From positions 16,058,001 to 16,122,000 of the forward strand of contig CM052838.1 in NCBI GenBank assembly GCA_028534125.1: a stretch of DNA of 64,000 bases, read 5' to 3'. A program made the translations under genes and the position numbers. Shown one piece after another: positions 1 through 11,865 of this stretch. The stretch is from Lama glama. Taxonomy: Eukaryota. Position 1 is the first letter of the stretch, and every line of letters starts with the position of its first letter. The notes beneath the pieces were generated by a model. It was not told where the DNA came from, searched no databases, and saw only the letters and a program-made list of their open reading frames with translations.

Positions 1-613
1 TGTATTATAATCCTAAATTGCTAATTTTTCCATCTGAAACCCCTCATGTTTATAGATGAAGTATAAGATTTAAATGAGTCCTTGAAAACAAGACATAACG
101 CCACCAGTTCAAATACAGATACAGAGTTAATTGATATTAAAGTATTTATTAATCTCAAAATCAGTCAATTAAAATTAATTTCAAATAGGCATCTTAAATT
201 CATAGCCCTTTACTTCTCATCAGCAACAACTAAGCATCCGTTCTGACACGTCTGTGTATGTGGACGTGTATATATCCACAAAGATGCATTTTAGTCGGTA
301 CGTTTGTAAAAACGTTGTATAAAATTGTCACGGTAAAGCATGCTAGTTTTAATAAGCAATGCCAAGATTTCTGCTACTTATATTCTCTTTCGCAGCCGTA
401 ATAACCACAGTTGTTTATTTCACATTTCTTTATTTATGTACTCAGTGCTCAGTACATATTTCACAGGGTGCATTTCCACAGCATTTCAGGGTTTTAATAT
501 TATTTCATCTTGTCTAAGAGCAGTTTCACTCCAAACAGATTAGAGCACAAATGTTCTCGAATTTTTAAAAAATATATTTCAAATGTCTGTCCACTTCCTC
601 AATAACAGCTTGG

Positions 614-744
614 CTAAATATACATTATTCTGTATCCCGCTCTCTCTTCCTCAGGTGTGTGGAGCTATTTTTATACACATTTTGAGAAGAATATGTTGAA
701 ATGGAGATGTGTGAGGCTAGCTCAGTTTTTCTCTTATCAAGTGG
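614..744. promoter_or_regulatory. Candidate cardiac/muscle enhancer motif cluster
   Basis: MEF2-like 614-623 and 665-674, T-box AGGTGTG 653-659, and GATA CTTATC 733-738 overlapping NKX2-5 TCAAGTGG 737-744, all in non-repetitive DNA. Confidence 0.35.
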
Positions 745-1146
745 CTAGTATTTCATGCCTGGATAGCTAAACCTTCTTTAATTTGTAAATTTAGTATGCT
801 AATCGAGACTCCCGGTGGTGGCCGATTCTTTCTGCGCTACTATGACAATTTCCCTCACTGAGTACAACTAAAATCTCTGGACGGAGATGCAAAGGCAGAT
901 ACTTCTAAAATGACACGATGACGGGCAGGGACACAGACAGACAAAAAGCTGCAGAATAAGCAGGACAGGGGAGAGTTTACTGTTTTCTTTTTCCCCTTTT
1001 AGTTTTTGCAATGAGGGAAAGCCGAACTGAAAACCTGTGCAGCAGGTATAGACAGGAAGAGGGAAAAAAAAAAAAAACGGAGAAAACCTCTCTTCTAGTG
1101 ATATGACTGCAAAAGGGGCCTCTGGGAGCCAGAGTGTACAGAAATC

Positions 1147-1266
1147 CTTTTCTTTTCTTTCCTTCCTTCCTTCCTTCCCTTCCTTCCTTCCTTCTTTTTT
1201 CTTTTTCTTCCTTCCTTCATGTATTTATTTACTTGTTTGTTTATTTTTTTCTCTTTCTTCTCTCCT
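1147..1266. repeat. (TTCC)n / pyrimidine-rich low-complexity tract
   Basis: CCTTCCTTCCTTCC runs with T-rich flanks. Explains the overlapping ORFs at 1095-1334. Confidence 0.9.
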
Positions 1267-1356
1267 GGTCCTATCCAGTGGGAAAAATGCCCTTTTGTAA
1301 TGATGCTAGTGACAGTACAGGCATCTAAAGCCAAAGAGAAAATATACCTTCCTGGC

Positions 1357-4300
1357 CTAAAAAATTGGGAGGGGCCCTTGTGAGCTACTGAGTGTCAGGG
1401 ATGTTTGCGTGGAGGACAGAGTTACAGATGGGGATCCCTTCATTCTGTGTATGAACTGACAAACTTCTGGGCTCACTGCTAAGCGAAACAGGCATGTAAC
1501 AGACCCAAGGAAACACAGTAAAAGCTTTAAAAACACAACTATGACATAAATACCACCCATATCCCAGAAAAACCCGTGAGTAGTGTACTTACAGGGCAGA
1601 TAAAAACAGCATAACAGTATCTTTTGAAAAAAAAAACAGACATCAGATCCGTGGCCCACAAAAGACAAGACCAAACTTACCATCTGAATCTATAAGTTGA
1701 TTACCTACTTACAACAACAATAACAACAAAAAGTTGTTGAGCATGACCCAGAGTCACACAATACAAGAATCAGAAAAGTTCAGGACAAAATCCAAAATTA
1801 CTTGAGAGACAAAGAAATACTGGAATAAAATTGCTGAAGACCAAGGATACAGAAAAATCTTGCAGGTAGTCACAAAAAATTAACATACTAAATACAGGGG
1901 AAGAATAAATCACAACTATGAGTTTGTCATCAGAAACCAGTGGAGCTGTGTCTTTAAAGTGCTGAAAAAAGGCATCAGTTCTAGAATTCTACAGCTAATA
2001 AAATAGCCTTTAAAGAAGGAAGAGAAAATATATTCTCAGATGAAGGAGACCCCAATAATTTCACCGGAAGATGGTACCAAAAAACGTACAAGAACAAAAA
2101 ATACAATTCTATACATTCTCTTCCAGAGCGCTTCTCAGTTCGTTTTTGGAAGCCAGTAAAACCCTGATAACAAAATCAGACAAGGGCATCATAATAAGAG
2201 AAAATGACAGACCAATACCCCTCATGAACACAGACAAAAAAATGCACAAAAAATGTTAGAAAATCAAAAACAGCAATAAATATGAGGGTGATACTTCACA
2301 ATCAAGTGTCACATATACTGGAAGCTCACATATGATTTAATAATCTAAAACCAGTCAACGTATTTCACCACAGTAAGAGACTAAATAAAATCAAGATCAC
2401 AGTAACGTGCCAGAAGAAAACTTTGACATCTATTCATATTAATCTTTCAGAAAACTAAAATTAAGAAGAGGATCTCCTTGATAATGGAAATCCCACCAAC
2501 ATACAGCAAAAACTAAGGCTACCATCATATTTAAACATGAAAGACTGGAAACTTTTCCTCTAAGTTCAAGAGCAAAGAGAGGAATTCCATTCTCATCACT
2601 TCTATTAAGCATCATAAATGGAGTCCTGGCCAATGCAGTAAGATAGGACAAAAGAGGGGGAAAACAACATCAAGATTAGAAAGAAAGCAATTTCTCTCGT
2701 TCCTGAAAGACAAGAGTGTCTATGTAAGAAGTTCCATAGACTCTATTTTTAAAAGCGCCTCGAACTCATTTGTGAGTGAAAGAGGGTTATAGGGTTTTTT
2801 AAAATTCATATTTCTACATATTAGCAGTAAAAAATGGAAATAAAAATATTTGGTAACATTTACCAAAGCCCTCAAAAATGAAGTTCTTAGGTATCCAACT
2901 GAAAAAAGAATCTGCAAGATCTGTATGCTGACAATTACAAAATGTCAGTGACAGAAATCATAGAAGACATAAATAAATGGAGATATCCCATGTTCATGGA
3001 CCAGGAGATAGTATCAACAAGATGCCAACTGTCCTAAAAATTGATCTATATTCTACACACAATACCAATCAAAATGCCAGAGGGTTTGTTGTAGATATCA
3101 ACAAGTTTATTCTAAAATTGTGATGGAAATTTCAAATAAATGAAAATAGCCAAAACAATTTTGAAAACAAAGTGGGAGGACTCACAATACCTGATTTCAA
3201 GACTGCTATAAAGCTATCATAGAAAGGGTATAATATAAGCAAAAGTATAGATGTATAGATCAATGGAACTGAAAAGAGTTCAGACATAAACCCATGTGTA
3301 TATAGTCTATGATTTTTTTTTTCTGCAAGGGCATTTAGCAAATTATGTTGGACCAGTCATTGAAAAAAATGAATCTTGACCAAAACTTATACAAAAATTA
3401 ACTCAAACTCATCATACATCTAAATGTAAAACATACAGTTATAAAACTTAAGAGGAAAACAAGAGAGTATCTTTATGCTCTGAAGGCAAAGAGCTCTTAG
3501 ACATGACACCAAAACTATGATTCATGAAAGACTTCATCAAATTAAAAACTTTTTCNNNNNNNNNNNNNNNNNNNNNNNNNNNNNNNNNNNNNNNNNNNNN
3601 NNNNNNNNNNNNNNNNNNNNNNNNNNNNNNNNNNNNNNNNNNNNNNNNNNNNNNNNNNNNNNNNNNNNNNNNNNNNNNNNNNNNNNNNNNNNNNNNNNNN
3701 NNNNNNNNNNNNNNNNNNNNNNNNNNNNNNNNNNNNNNNNNNNGGCACACACAGGGAGAAATATTTGCAAATTACATACCTGACAAAGGACTTTTATATA
3801 TAATTGTTAGGAGACAATACTCCCTGAATATGTTTACATTTCTATTTATTCCAGGCTTCCTGAGCAAGGGTCATGTTTGAATAGCAAAGGCCTAGGAAGC
3901 TAGAGATGAGAGTGTCTCATCCTGTGAAGATTTAGATACATATTTGCCAGGAGTCATTTGCTTACATCCCAGGGTAGGTCATGAAGTGACATGGCTAGAG
4001 ACCTTTCCCTTCCCTCTTTAGAGAGGATCTGCTTAAATTCAGGAGTAAAGACATCTCTTTGTCTCTCAATCTCTCTGTCAATATCTCCTTGCTCTTGTTC
4101 TCACTCTTTCTCTCCACAGGGGAGGACAGCCTCACGTGCCAGGAGCCCCTGTATAAGTTCCGAGTCTCATAATTTTGAGGTTCCCTGCCTGGGACGCCCT
4201 CTCCCTGTCCACACTGCATGTACAGGCTAACATCTGATTCTCACATCACTCTTCAACGGCTCAAGGAGCCTGTGCTGAAATGATGCTCTAGCTCTCTTCA

Positions 4301-5380
4301 CCAAGAGTAACAACGGTCTGATTCTCTGATCCAGAAAGCCTCATGTCTCTTATTGGAATCTGTACATACATTCTGTTGCAGACTAACTTCAGGACTTACA
4401 CAAAGGGTAAGATCTCACAGTTTCAGACTTAACAATAGAGAACTCTCAAACCTAAGCGATAAGGAAACAAATGGCTCAGTTTTTTTAATGAGCCAAAAAA
4501 AAAAAAAAAAAACAGACACTTCAAAAGAAGATATACTGATGGTAAATAAGCACAAGAAAGTATGTTCAACATCATTAGTCATTAGGGACATGCAAATTAA
4601 AAGCAAAACAAGATACAACTACAAACCTACTGGAATGAATACAATTAAACAAATAAACAAAAACATCTGATAATACCAAATGCTGTCAAAAATGTGGAAC
4701 AATAAGAACTTTCATACATTGATGGTGATAATGCAAAATAGTAAACAGAAAACAGTTCAGCAGTTTCTTGTAAAGTTAAACATACATGCACCATATGATC
4801 CAGTGACCCCACTTCTAAATATTTAACCATGATAAATAAAAATGTATGCTCACACAAAATCCTAATGTGTATAGGAGTGTGTGGGTCTGTGGAGTGTATA
4901 ATGTGTGTGGTGTGTTTGTGTGTGTGTGTGTGTGTATAAATTTCTAGAAACTAGAAATAATCTAAATATCATTCAGCAACGAGGAAATGGATACACAGAT
5001 GATGGAACAAAGATACAATTAAAAACTATTCAGCAATAAAAATAGAGAAATATTTATAAAGTACAGATACATTTCAAATGCACAGTGTTAAGTGAATGAA
5101 ACCAGACTCAAAAGATTATATATGATGTGCTTTCATTTATACGGTATTCTGAGAAAGTCAAAACTACAGGGGCAGATAAGATATCAGAGTTGCTAGAGAT
5201 TAAGAAAGGGGTAGGAATTGATTATAAAAGGGCAGCGCTAGAAAAATTTGAGGGGTAAGAAAACTGTTTTGTGTTTTAATTGTGATGGTTACATGATTCC
5301 ATTCATTTGTCAAAAGTCATAGATCTGCACATCAAAAAGTGTACTTTATTGTATGTAAATTTAAAATTAAATTTTACAAA
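1357..5380 (+). mobile_element. Old, internally deleted LINE-1 (L1MC/L1MD-like): 5' region, ORF1 remnant, ORF2 RT/C-terminus, 3' UTR
   Basis: The 2071-2259 peptide EASKTLITKSDK..RENDRPIPLMNTDK resembles L1 ORF2 EASITLIPKPDK..ENYRPISLMNID. Also present are GGACTCACAATACCTGATTTCAAGAC, CSTSLVIRDMQIK and an L1M 3' UTR to ~5375. Interrupted by N (3556-3743), an LTR and a (TG)n. Confidence 0.9.
3805..4434 (+). mobile_element. Solo ERVL-class LTR (LTR40-like) inserted into the L1
   Basis: Starts TGTTAGGAGACAATACTCC and ends GCAGACTAACTT...GGGTAAGATCTCA...TTAACA (TG..CA termini). L1 sequence resumes on both sides. Confidence 0.8.
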
Positions 5381-5439
5381 GCTTCCCAAGAAATAACCGA
5401 ATCAGGCATTATCTTGATATAAATCAGGGCTTATTCTAC

Positions 5440-6580
5440 TATATTTTAATCTATTTTAAAATTTCATGTGTAGGCTCTTCTATTTCACAGATTACAGATT
5501 CCTTATACTGGCTCACCTTTCCATGTCCTAAAAATCTACCATCTTCTCTCTCTGCCTTATATTTTTGTCCTTTCACTCACTGTGATTATATCTGCCTACC
5601 TTCTATGTACATAAATCAGTTTTCAGTCCTGTCATTCAGCTTGTCATTTTCACTTTATTTCTTTTGAAATGGTATTGTCTTGCTCCTGAATATTTCGTTT
5701 TCTAGATTCTCCCCTCCCTTTTTTTCCCCATCTCTTTCTCTCTCTCTCTCTCTCTTTTTTTTTTTTTGTTATCTTTTTTGGTGGATGAGAAGAGGCTCTT
5801 ATTTAATTGAGAAGAGCTTTCTTCTCTTCCTTGGGTTACATTTTCATCCAGATTCCATGCTATGTTTCATCAGTGATTTTTCCTATCCACCCACCTACTG
5901 GCCTGAATTATGATTACAAGTTTCCATTCTGTTCCTTCTCATCTTGCCAATACTGTGCAGACTTCCTACTTTATGATATTATGTAGGGAGCTTCTGTTTG
6001 CCTCTTTATTTGTATATGAGGCATATCTTTTTTTCCCTATTAACTGTATTTTGAGGACTGAACATTTCTTGAGGGTTCCCCACATCGAAGTGCTCAGTTT
6101 AGGGTGAATTCATTCCTGGCTAGAACACCCCGGCTCTTCTCCCTTGCTGGGAGGAGTTCAAGGTGAGCACCAATCCCCTTGATTCTGTAAGCCCTGGAAA
6201 AATGGTCTTTCAGAATTACCCTCTGGTTTTTGTTTCCCATTTCACTGGTCTTTTCACAGCAGTTTGCTCAAGTCAGACTGGAATACCACTCACGCCATTT
6301 CAAATTTAGGAATACTGGTGAGAATGCTCAGACTTTAGTGACTTCAGGAGCAAAAGGGTGAGGAACAGGACTGATGTCACACAGTGTCACAACCTTCTGT
6401 CTGCTCCCTTGGTCTGCAGTTTGTGAAGTTTATAGCATTGTTTTGTGCCACCCCCACCCCGCAACCCCTGGACTTTTTAACGTTGAGTTTAAATGGAGTT
6501 CTAGATTTCTTGTGTTTACTTTATTAATGATTGGCTGAAAAGGATTTTGTGATCTGGCTTCCCTAACACCATCTTTATCC
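5440..6580 (-). mobile_element. Degenerate HAL1/L1M 5' end and ORF1 remnant
   Basis: T-rich plus strand. The minus strand begins AAGATGG near 6575 and gives REKMVD..DMER*ASIR near 5500-5550, similar to the ORF1 D.EDRQRRSNIR motif. Confidence 0.5.
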
Positions 6581-6994
6581 AAAAAAAAAAAAAATGCTCC
6601 TTAAAAAAATATTCCAATGTCAGTTAGAAAAATGACACAACTCAGTATAAGATATCACAGACATACAAACCTCATAAAAAGAAAATATCCTTCTAATTTC
6701 ATGCTTTTATTTTGCAGACATATTAAATCAAAGGATGTCTCTGCAATATCCATTAACGACTCTCAAAGTCTATTTCCATATGAATGGAAGAGACCAAGCA
6801 AAATGTTTCACTGTCAATCAATCCCAGGCGTAATACTTCATATTTGTGTAGCAATTTGCAAGGAGTTTACAAAGCAGAAGGTTAATGTCTCTTTGTTAAC
6901 GAAGGAAATGATTTAAATTCTAAGTAATATTGGGTTTTCCCAGAATTTCAAAGGCATTGAAGTAATTTCCACACTTGGTAGCCTCAAACCAAGG

Positions 6995-7235
6995 CCAGTC
7001 TAGCAGAGAGGTTAGGGTATACTAGCAGTCGGTGCCAAGAAATATTGGTTCCCCACCCCCAAATGTCTCCCCTGATACGTTGTATCATATGGAGGCTGTC
7101 ACTGAAGGTTCATATTTCACCAACAAGTTACTTGTCTAAACACTTTATTTCCTCATCTGAATCATGAGGATGATGATATGAAATCACGTATAAAGCATGG
7201 TATCTGGTATGCAGGGAAAGCAATTAAAAAATAAT
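6995..7235 (+). mobile_element. MIR SINE (diverged)
   Basis: CAAGTTACTT...TTTCCTCATCTG..ATGAGGATGAT core. Confidence 0.6.
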
Positions 7236-7245
7236 AAAAAAAACT

Positions 7246-7748
7246 TGTTATGAAGAGTAAAGGTTCTGGGATTTTTATGTCACTTGTAATCTAACAGGTT
7301 AGCCTGCCACAGTTTCCTGAATCCAGGCAGAAGACACAAGACCTTGGGACTTTGTAAGTCCCAAGCAAGTGGAATGAGCTGTAAATTTACACTGGTTCCT
7401 CTCACCTCTCTAGGTCCCACAGGGGCAACCCCAAGCAACCGAGGTGGATGCTGCACAGACAGTGTGTTTGTGTCAGAGAGGAGGAACTCCAATCTTGGGG
7501 AGCCTGACTCCTTTAAACTAGGCTGCAAGCAAATCTGCCTGACCTCTGCCCTAGGGGGAGATCTTACCTTTAATACACTGGACACTAAACAAGCCTGCCT
7601 TCTGCTCTGAAGGGAGACAAGTCTCTCATCCAAGGTAACTTGTTCCACAAAGATCTTTGAAAATACATCCTAGAGCAAAAGTGGTCAATGCTTCTCTTCA
7701 CTAAACATGCAGAAGTACAGGACACCCACGTAGAGTTATCTCCCAACA
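7246..7748 (-). mobile_element. Solo ERVL-class LTR (LTR40-like)
   Basis: Minus strand starts TGTTGGGAGATAACTCT and ends GTGTCTTCTGCC..GAAACTGTGGCAGGCTAACCTGTTAG..AAAATCCCAGA..ATAACA. Same family as 3805-4434. Confidence 0.82.
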
Positions 7749-7915
7749 GACCTAATTAACATGTGTTTCTTGGTGTAAATAAATTTAGGGAATCCTATCC
7801 AAATTACACTGTAAAAGAAACAGGATAACGAATGGCCAAACATTGGGAAGGGGTGGGGTGCTCAACTTTGTCATTTTATGCTAGGATGGAGCTGATGTCT
7901 GAAAATAAAGGAATA

Positions 7916-7948
<33 letters not shown>
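7916..7948. repeat. (TG)n microsatellite with (CG) core
   Basis: TGTGTG..TGCGCGCGTGTGTGT. Confidence 0.95.
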
Positions 7949-8029
7949 TTGGTTGGCTAGAAATGAGGGAGGGTGGATTATTACCATGTGTTGACAGTCT
8001 ATTAGGTAAACAGGCGCTGCACTAGGCAA

Positions 8030-8260
8030 TTTGGTATAGCAATTAAGATCCAAAGACTTTGAAGTCAGACCTACTTGGTTTGCTTCAGCCCTCTGCCACT
8101 TATTAGCTGTGTAACAGCAGGCAAGATATTTGATAACTCTGAGATTCCATGTCTCTAGGTGAACAAGGGAAATCACAATGAAGCCTCCTCCACAGTGTGA
8201 GCGTGAGCGTTAAATGAGATCATGCGTAGAGTAAGTGCCAAAGAGATGTTAACTCTTGTG
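8030..8260 (+). mobile_element. MIR SINE
   Basis: GACTTTGAAGTCAGAC..CTCTGCCACTTATTAGCTGTGTAAC..GGCAAG..TTAAATGAGATCATGC. Confidence 0.8.
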
Positions 8261-9405
8261 ATCATTTATTTTTCTCTACTAACTTCTCTGACAATCCTCA
8301 TTATTGCCATTTTTCATCCCTGAAAACCATCTCTCAGCAGAAACTAGTCTTAGGTTATACAGCTATAAACGACGAAGTTCAGATGTTTATGCAGGTCTGC
8401 GTCTAAAACCCTTTTTTCTGAAACTCTCTGCACTGGACTACTGTTCCCCCTGTTAAGAGGCAAAGGCAGGGACCTTTGCAACTAAGCACGAAGCATTCCT
8501 TTTTCTTGTCTTTCCTATTTCAACATGTAATGTAAATAAATAAGTAAAATTAATAAGTACATCAACATAAATCCTTAGATACACTCTGGGCTGCTTTTAA
8601 ATCTCAAACCAAATGTTATTTCTGCCAGGTTATTGGATTCCCGCTTCAGATATACATTGAATTCAAATGGTAACAAGCCCTGTTTTGCCCTGATTTAACA
8701 TGATTAGATATTCATTTCAGCTCTGTGGTATGTGCTCTTGAGATGGTTTAAAAGCCCTTTCAGGCAGTCGGCTGGTCCACCCCCTATTTAGCTACGACAG
8801 CACCGTGCGGCAAACACCTTGCTAGTACACTGCATTGTAATCCCAACAGGATGCCTGGCGCTTCGTTAAATACAATGGAATTCACCTGTTTTTCAGTTTT
8901 AGCTGTTGGCTTCTATGTTTCCCCCATACTTCTTTCTACTTTTCTCAAATTCGGTAAAATTTGAAAATGTATTCCTAATCCACAGACTTGCATCCCAACA
9001 AATCAAATAAAATGCAGCAAGTGGAGAGGTGCCGTGGAAGTTTTCATACTCTCTCCACAAGTGAACTTTCTGAACACCAAACAAAAATAAAGGATACATA
9101 ATAAGTATATAACAATGACATATAATAAACAATGAAATGGTATGGTCTAATTCAAGATATTTTCTCAGCTACTAACCCAGTCCGACTGTCACTATGTATT
9201 CGTTTCACACCTTACACACTCTGTTAATGTTCTCGACAACAGTAACAACACAACACAGGACCCTTGGAAGCCACGGCCAGTTAAGCATCCAGGACCACCG
9301 AGCAGTCCACACAGCACTGCCGCATGTCTGCAGACGCCTGCAGCAGGACCGCAGTGCAATACACCACAGGATGTCAAAACGGGAGGCCCACCTGTGGTTT
9401 AGGTA

Positions 9406-9630
9406 AAGCTGGCCCTTTGTGGATCTGTGGGATCTACCACCGCAGATTTGAACAACCACGGATTTTGAACTCCCATCTGCGGCTGGTTGAATCCAAGGAT
9501 GCAGAAAGCATGGATACTTAGGGCTGACTCTGCTACCCCACTTTATACATAAGGGATGTGAGCATCCTCTGATTTTGGTGTCCTCGGGGGGTCCTGGAAC
9601 CAGTTCCCAGCAGAAACCAGGGAACAATTG
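9406..9630. mobile_element. MER2-like non-autonomous Tigger (TcMar) DNA transposon
   Basis: TA dinucleotides on both flanks (9404-5, 9631-2), degenerate terminal inverted repeats, and an internal GGTTGAATCC..GAGCATCCTCTGATTTTGGT..GTCCTGGAACCA. Confidence 0.82.
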
Positions 9631-10085
9631 TATTTAGTCGGAGTTCTTTAAAGCCAAAAGGGAAATGTGACTCTGTCCATTTCAAGCCCACTGTGCAATG
9701 GGTGAGGTTACAAAAGGCCTCGGAAGGGAATGGCTTGCCCGTGATCACAGAGCTGAGGAAGGGCCCCTGCTGAGGCAGGAACCTAGCCGCCTTGACCAAC
9801 TTCACCTTAACTGTAATGCTTATTTTGGTAAAGACCCTAAAAGGATTGCTCACATTCTCTCCTACTGGGGAGAAATTCTTTTAAAAGGAGAGCTCCAAAG
9901 CTCAAATCCATGTATCTTCAGCTTTGCATAATACCTTTTTCCAAAGGCTGAATCAATAAGGCATGGAATCAATTTGCAGCTTGATCGTCTCAAAGAAATT
10001 CAGACACTGAAAACAAACAAACAAAAACCTTAACAAATATTCAACTGGTTTATTAGAGAACTAATAGGAGGTCACTAGATGGAGA

Positions 10086-10099
10086 GTTGCCATGACAAC
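10086..10099. promoter_or_regulatory. RFX X-box motif
   Basis: GTTGCCATGACAAC, a 13/14 match to the palindrome GTTGCCATGGCAAC. Confidence 0.5.
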
Positions 10100-11429
10100 C
10101 TGTAGGCAAGACTGAAGGAACGGTTGCTCCCAGCATCTCTTTGAGCTGTGAATTAGGCACAGGGCTTCAGCCAGCCTACTTTCCCCTTCTCTGGCTCCCA
10201 CTTCCTTCCCCTGACGTCCAGATCCATCTTCGAGTCATGCAAAGGAAGAACCTCTGCTGGAGAGAAGGTAGGGGAAGCACAGGCTGCCTTATTCCAGCAG
10301 TTACAATCAATATAAATACTCAAGTGAAACAACGTGCCACTGCTCGGTGCGGCTCAAAGAGGGGAAGAGTGAAGCCATAGTATAAATATAAGAAAGCCTC
10401 TGTTTTAATGGAAAGTGTGTCTGTCCTTTACATACGCATTGGTGGCTTAGCATTAGCATTAACGTAATACAGTAACATGAAAGTCTTTTTTTTCCAGCAT
10501 TAAGTTTTTTGCCAATTGCCCACTAAAAATTCTAAAACTCTCACTTTGACCTGCTGTGTCTGGATTTAAAAGAAGTCCCTGGAAATAAAAATCCAGGATC
10601 CCAATCCGAATCATATAATTTCCATCATTTGACATTATATTCTCATACTTCATTGATTCTTTTTAAAAAATTTCTCTTCTAGTTTTTAAATTGAACACGC
10701 ACTAGGAAAGGATAGTAATTAGCTCTGAGTCTGGCTGATTATGGCAAAGGTGTAATGATTTTAAGGGCATGTTACAAAGAAAAATGCTGACATTGTGATT
10801 CAAACTCATATCAAGCTAAAAAGTCAATTCTGTTCACAACGAAGATTAAAACAATCACATCGTGTCTGTGAGGACAGCGTAGATAGCAAGTGAATAACTG
10901 TATCGGGGAGAAGTCAAGTATGGCCAGTCGCAGCTTCCCACTTCTGTCTCCATCTCCACTAAACACCAAGCTGAGTGAGATAAAGTTTCTAAACTTCAGA
11001 CAGCCACACACAAAGGAAATTTACTCTTCCCCAGTCTGATTCTCATCCCCTCTGCTAGTCACACTGCCCATGCATTCAAAATCAGCAGAAACTCCTTTGC
11101 ACTTGGAGAGAAATGCCAAATTACTTACATAAACAGAGCGCTCATGTTATGCACGAAGGATTTTCAATTCTCACAACCCAGACAAATGTATCTCTACAAA
11201 TCTGGACATCACTTAGAAAATAGAAGACGCTGCGCTTGTATCAATGGTTTGCTGCCGGGCTGTGGACACATTAATTTGTCAAAATAGCAACACATGAATA
11301 AAGTACAAGTGTGTTACTGAAGCAAAGAGAAACAGGATGATCTCAAGTGGGTTATCGATTAGGGTTCTCAGTGGCAATTGAAAGACATCACAGCCCAAGC
11401 GGGCTTGAGGCAAAATAAATAAATAAATG

Positions 11430-11528
11430 AAAGGAGATGGAAAAGGGGAATGAGCAGGAGAAGCAGCAGGAGGATGAGAAGTGGGAAGGGAAAGGAGCAG
11501 AGAGGAAGGAGAAGGTGGAGGAAGAGAA
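11430..11528. repeat. Polypurine (GA-rich) low-complexity tract
   Basis: About 100 bp of almost only A/G. Confidence 0.85.
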
Positions 11529-11599
11529 TATACCCAATCATGTAACTCGGGAAACAGGGAATGAAGTGGCTTTGAAAGGCAAGGCTGAAGGCAGGTACC

Positions 11600-11865
11600 A
11601 AGCAATCAGCCTCAACCCGCTTCTCTCCATCACTTCATCATGTTTCCATCACAGCCACTTCAGGAGAGCAAGTCAAGGACAGACTCTCCAGTTACCACCT
11701 GCTCAGAGGGTTTGGCTCTGCTGGGAAACTTGAGAACCTTTTTCTCAGACATCCCAGGAAACATTTCACTCCTCATTACTTCCGACTGAGCTCTGTACCT
11801 AGCTCTAAGCCAGCCAATATGGCCAGAGGAATACAACGTACTAATTGGCTTAGGTCTGGAGTGGA
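11600..11865 (-). mobile_element. MLT1 (MaLR) LTR fragment
   Basis: TGGCCAGAGGAATACAACGTACTAATTGGCTTAGGTCTGG resembles the reverse of old MLT1 LTRs. Confidence 0.5.

Noticed and set aside
1095-1334. Hydrophobic F/L/S and basic K/R ORFs that look like membrane or nuclear peptides
   Set aside because: Translation of the (TTCC)n repeat.
3448-3880. Long ORFs spanning N blocks (also at 29558-30143, 38359-39111, 46829-47246, 63512-63733)
   Set aside because: They are open only because N codons translate as X. The flanks are L1 or non-coding sequence.
9192-9627. Cys/Trp-rich overlapping ORFs and a possible minus-strand exon 9391-9216
   Set aside because: The 140-aa ORF starts inside a MER2 element. 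The acceptor lacks a good pyrimidine tract, the 176-nt length is not 3n, and the peptides are unrecognisable.
11279-11733. E/K-rich and P/S/L-rich ORFs
   Set aside because: Products of a polypurine low-complexity tract and an MLT1 fragment.
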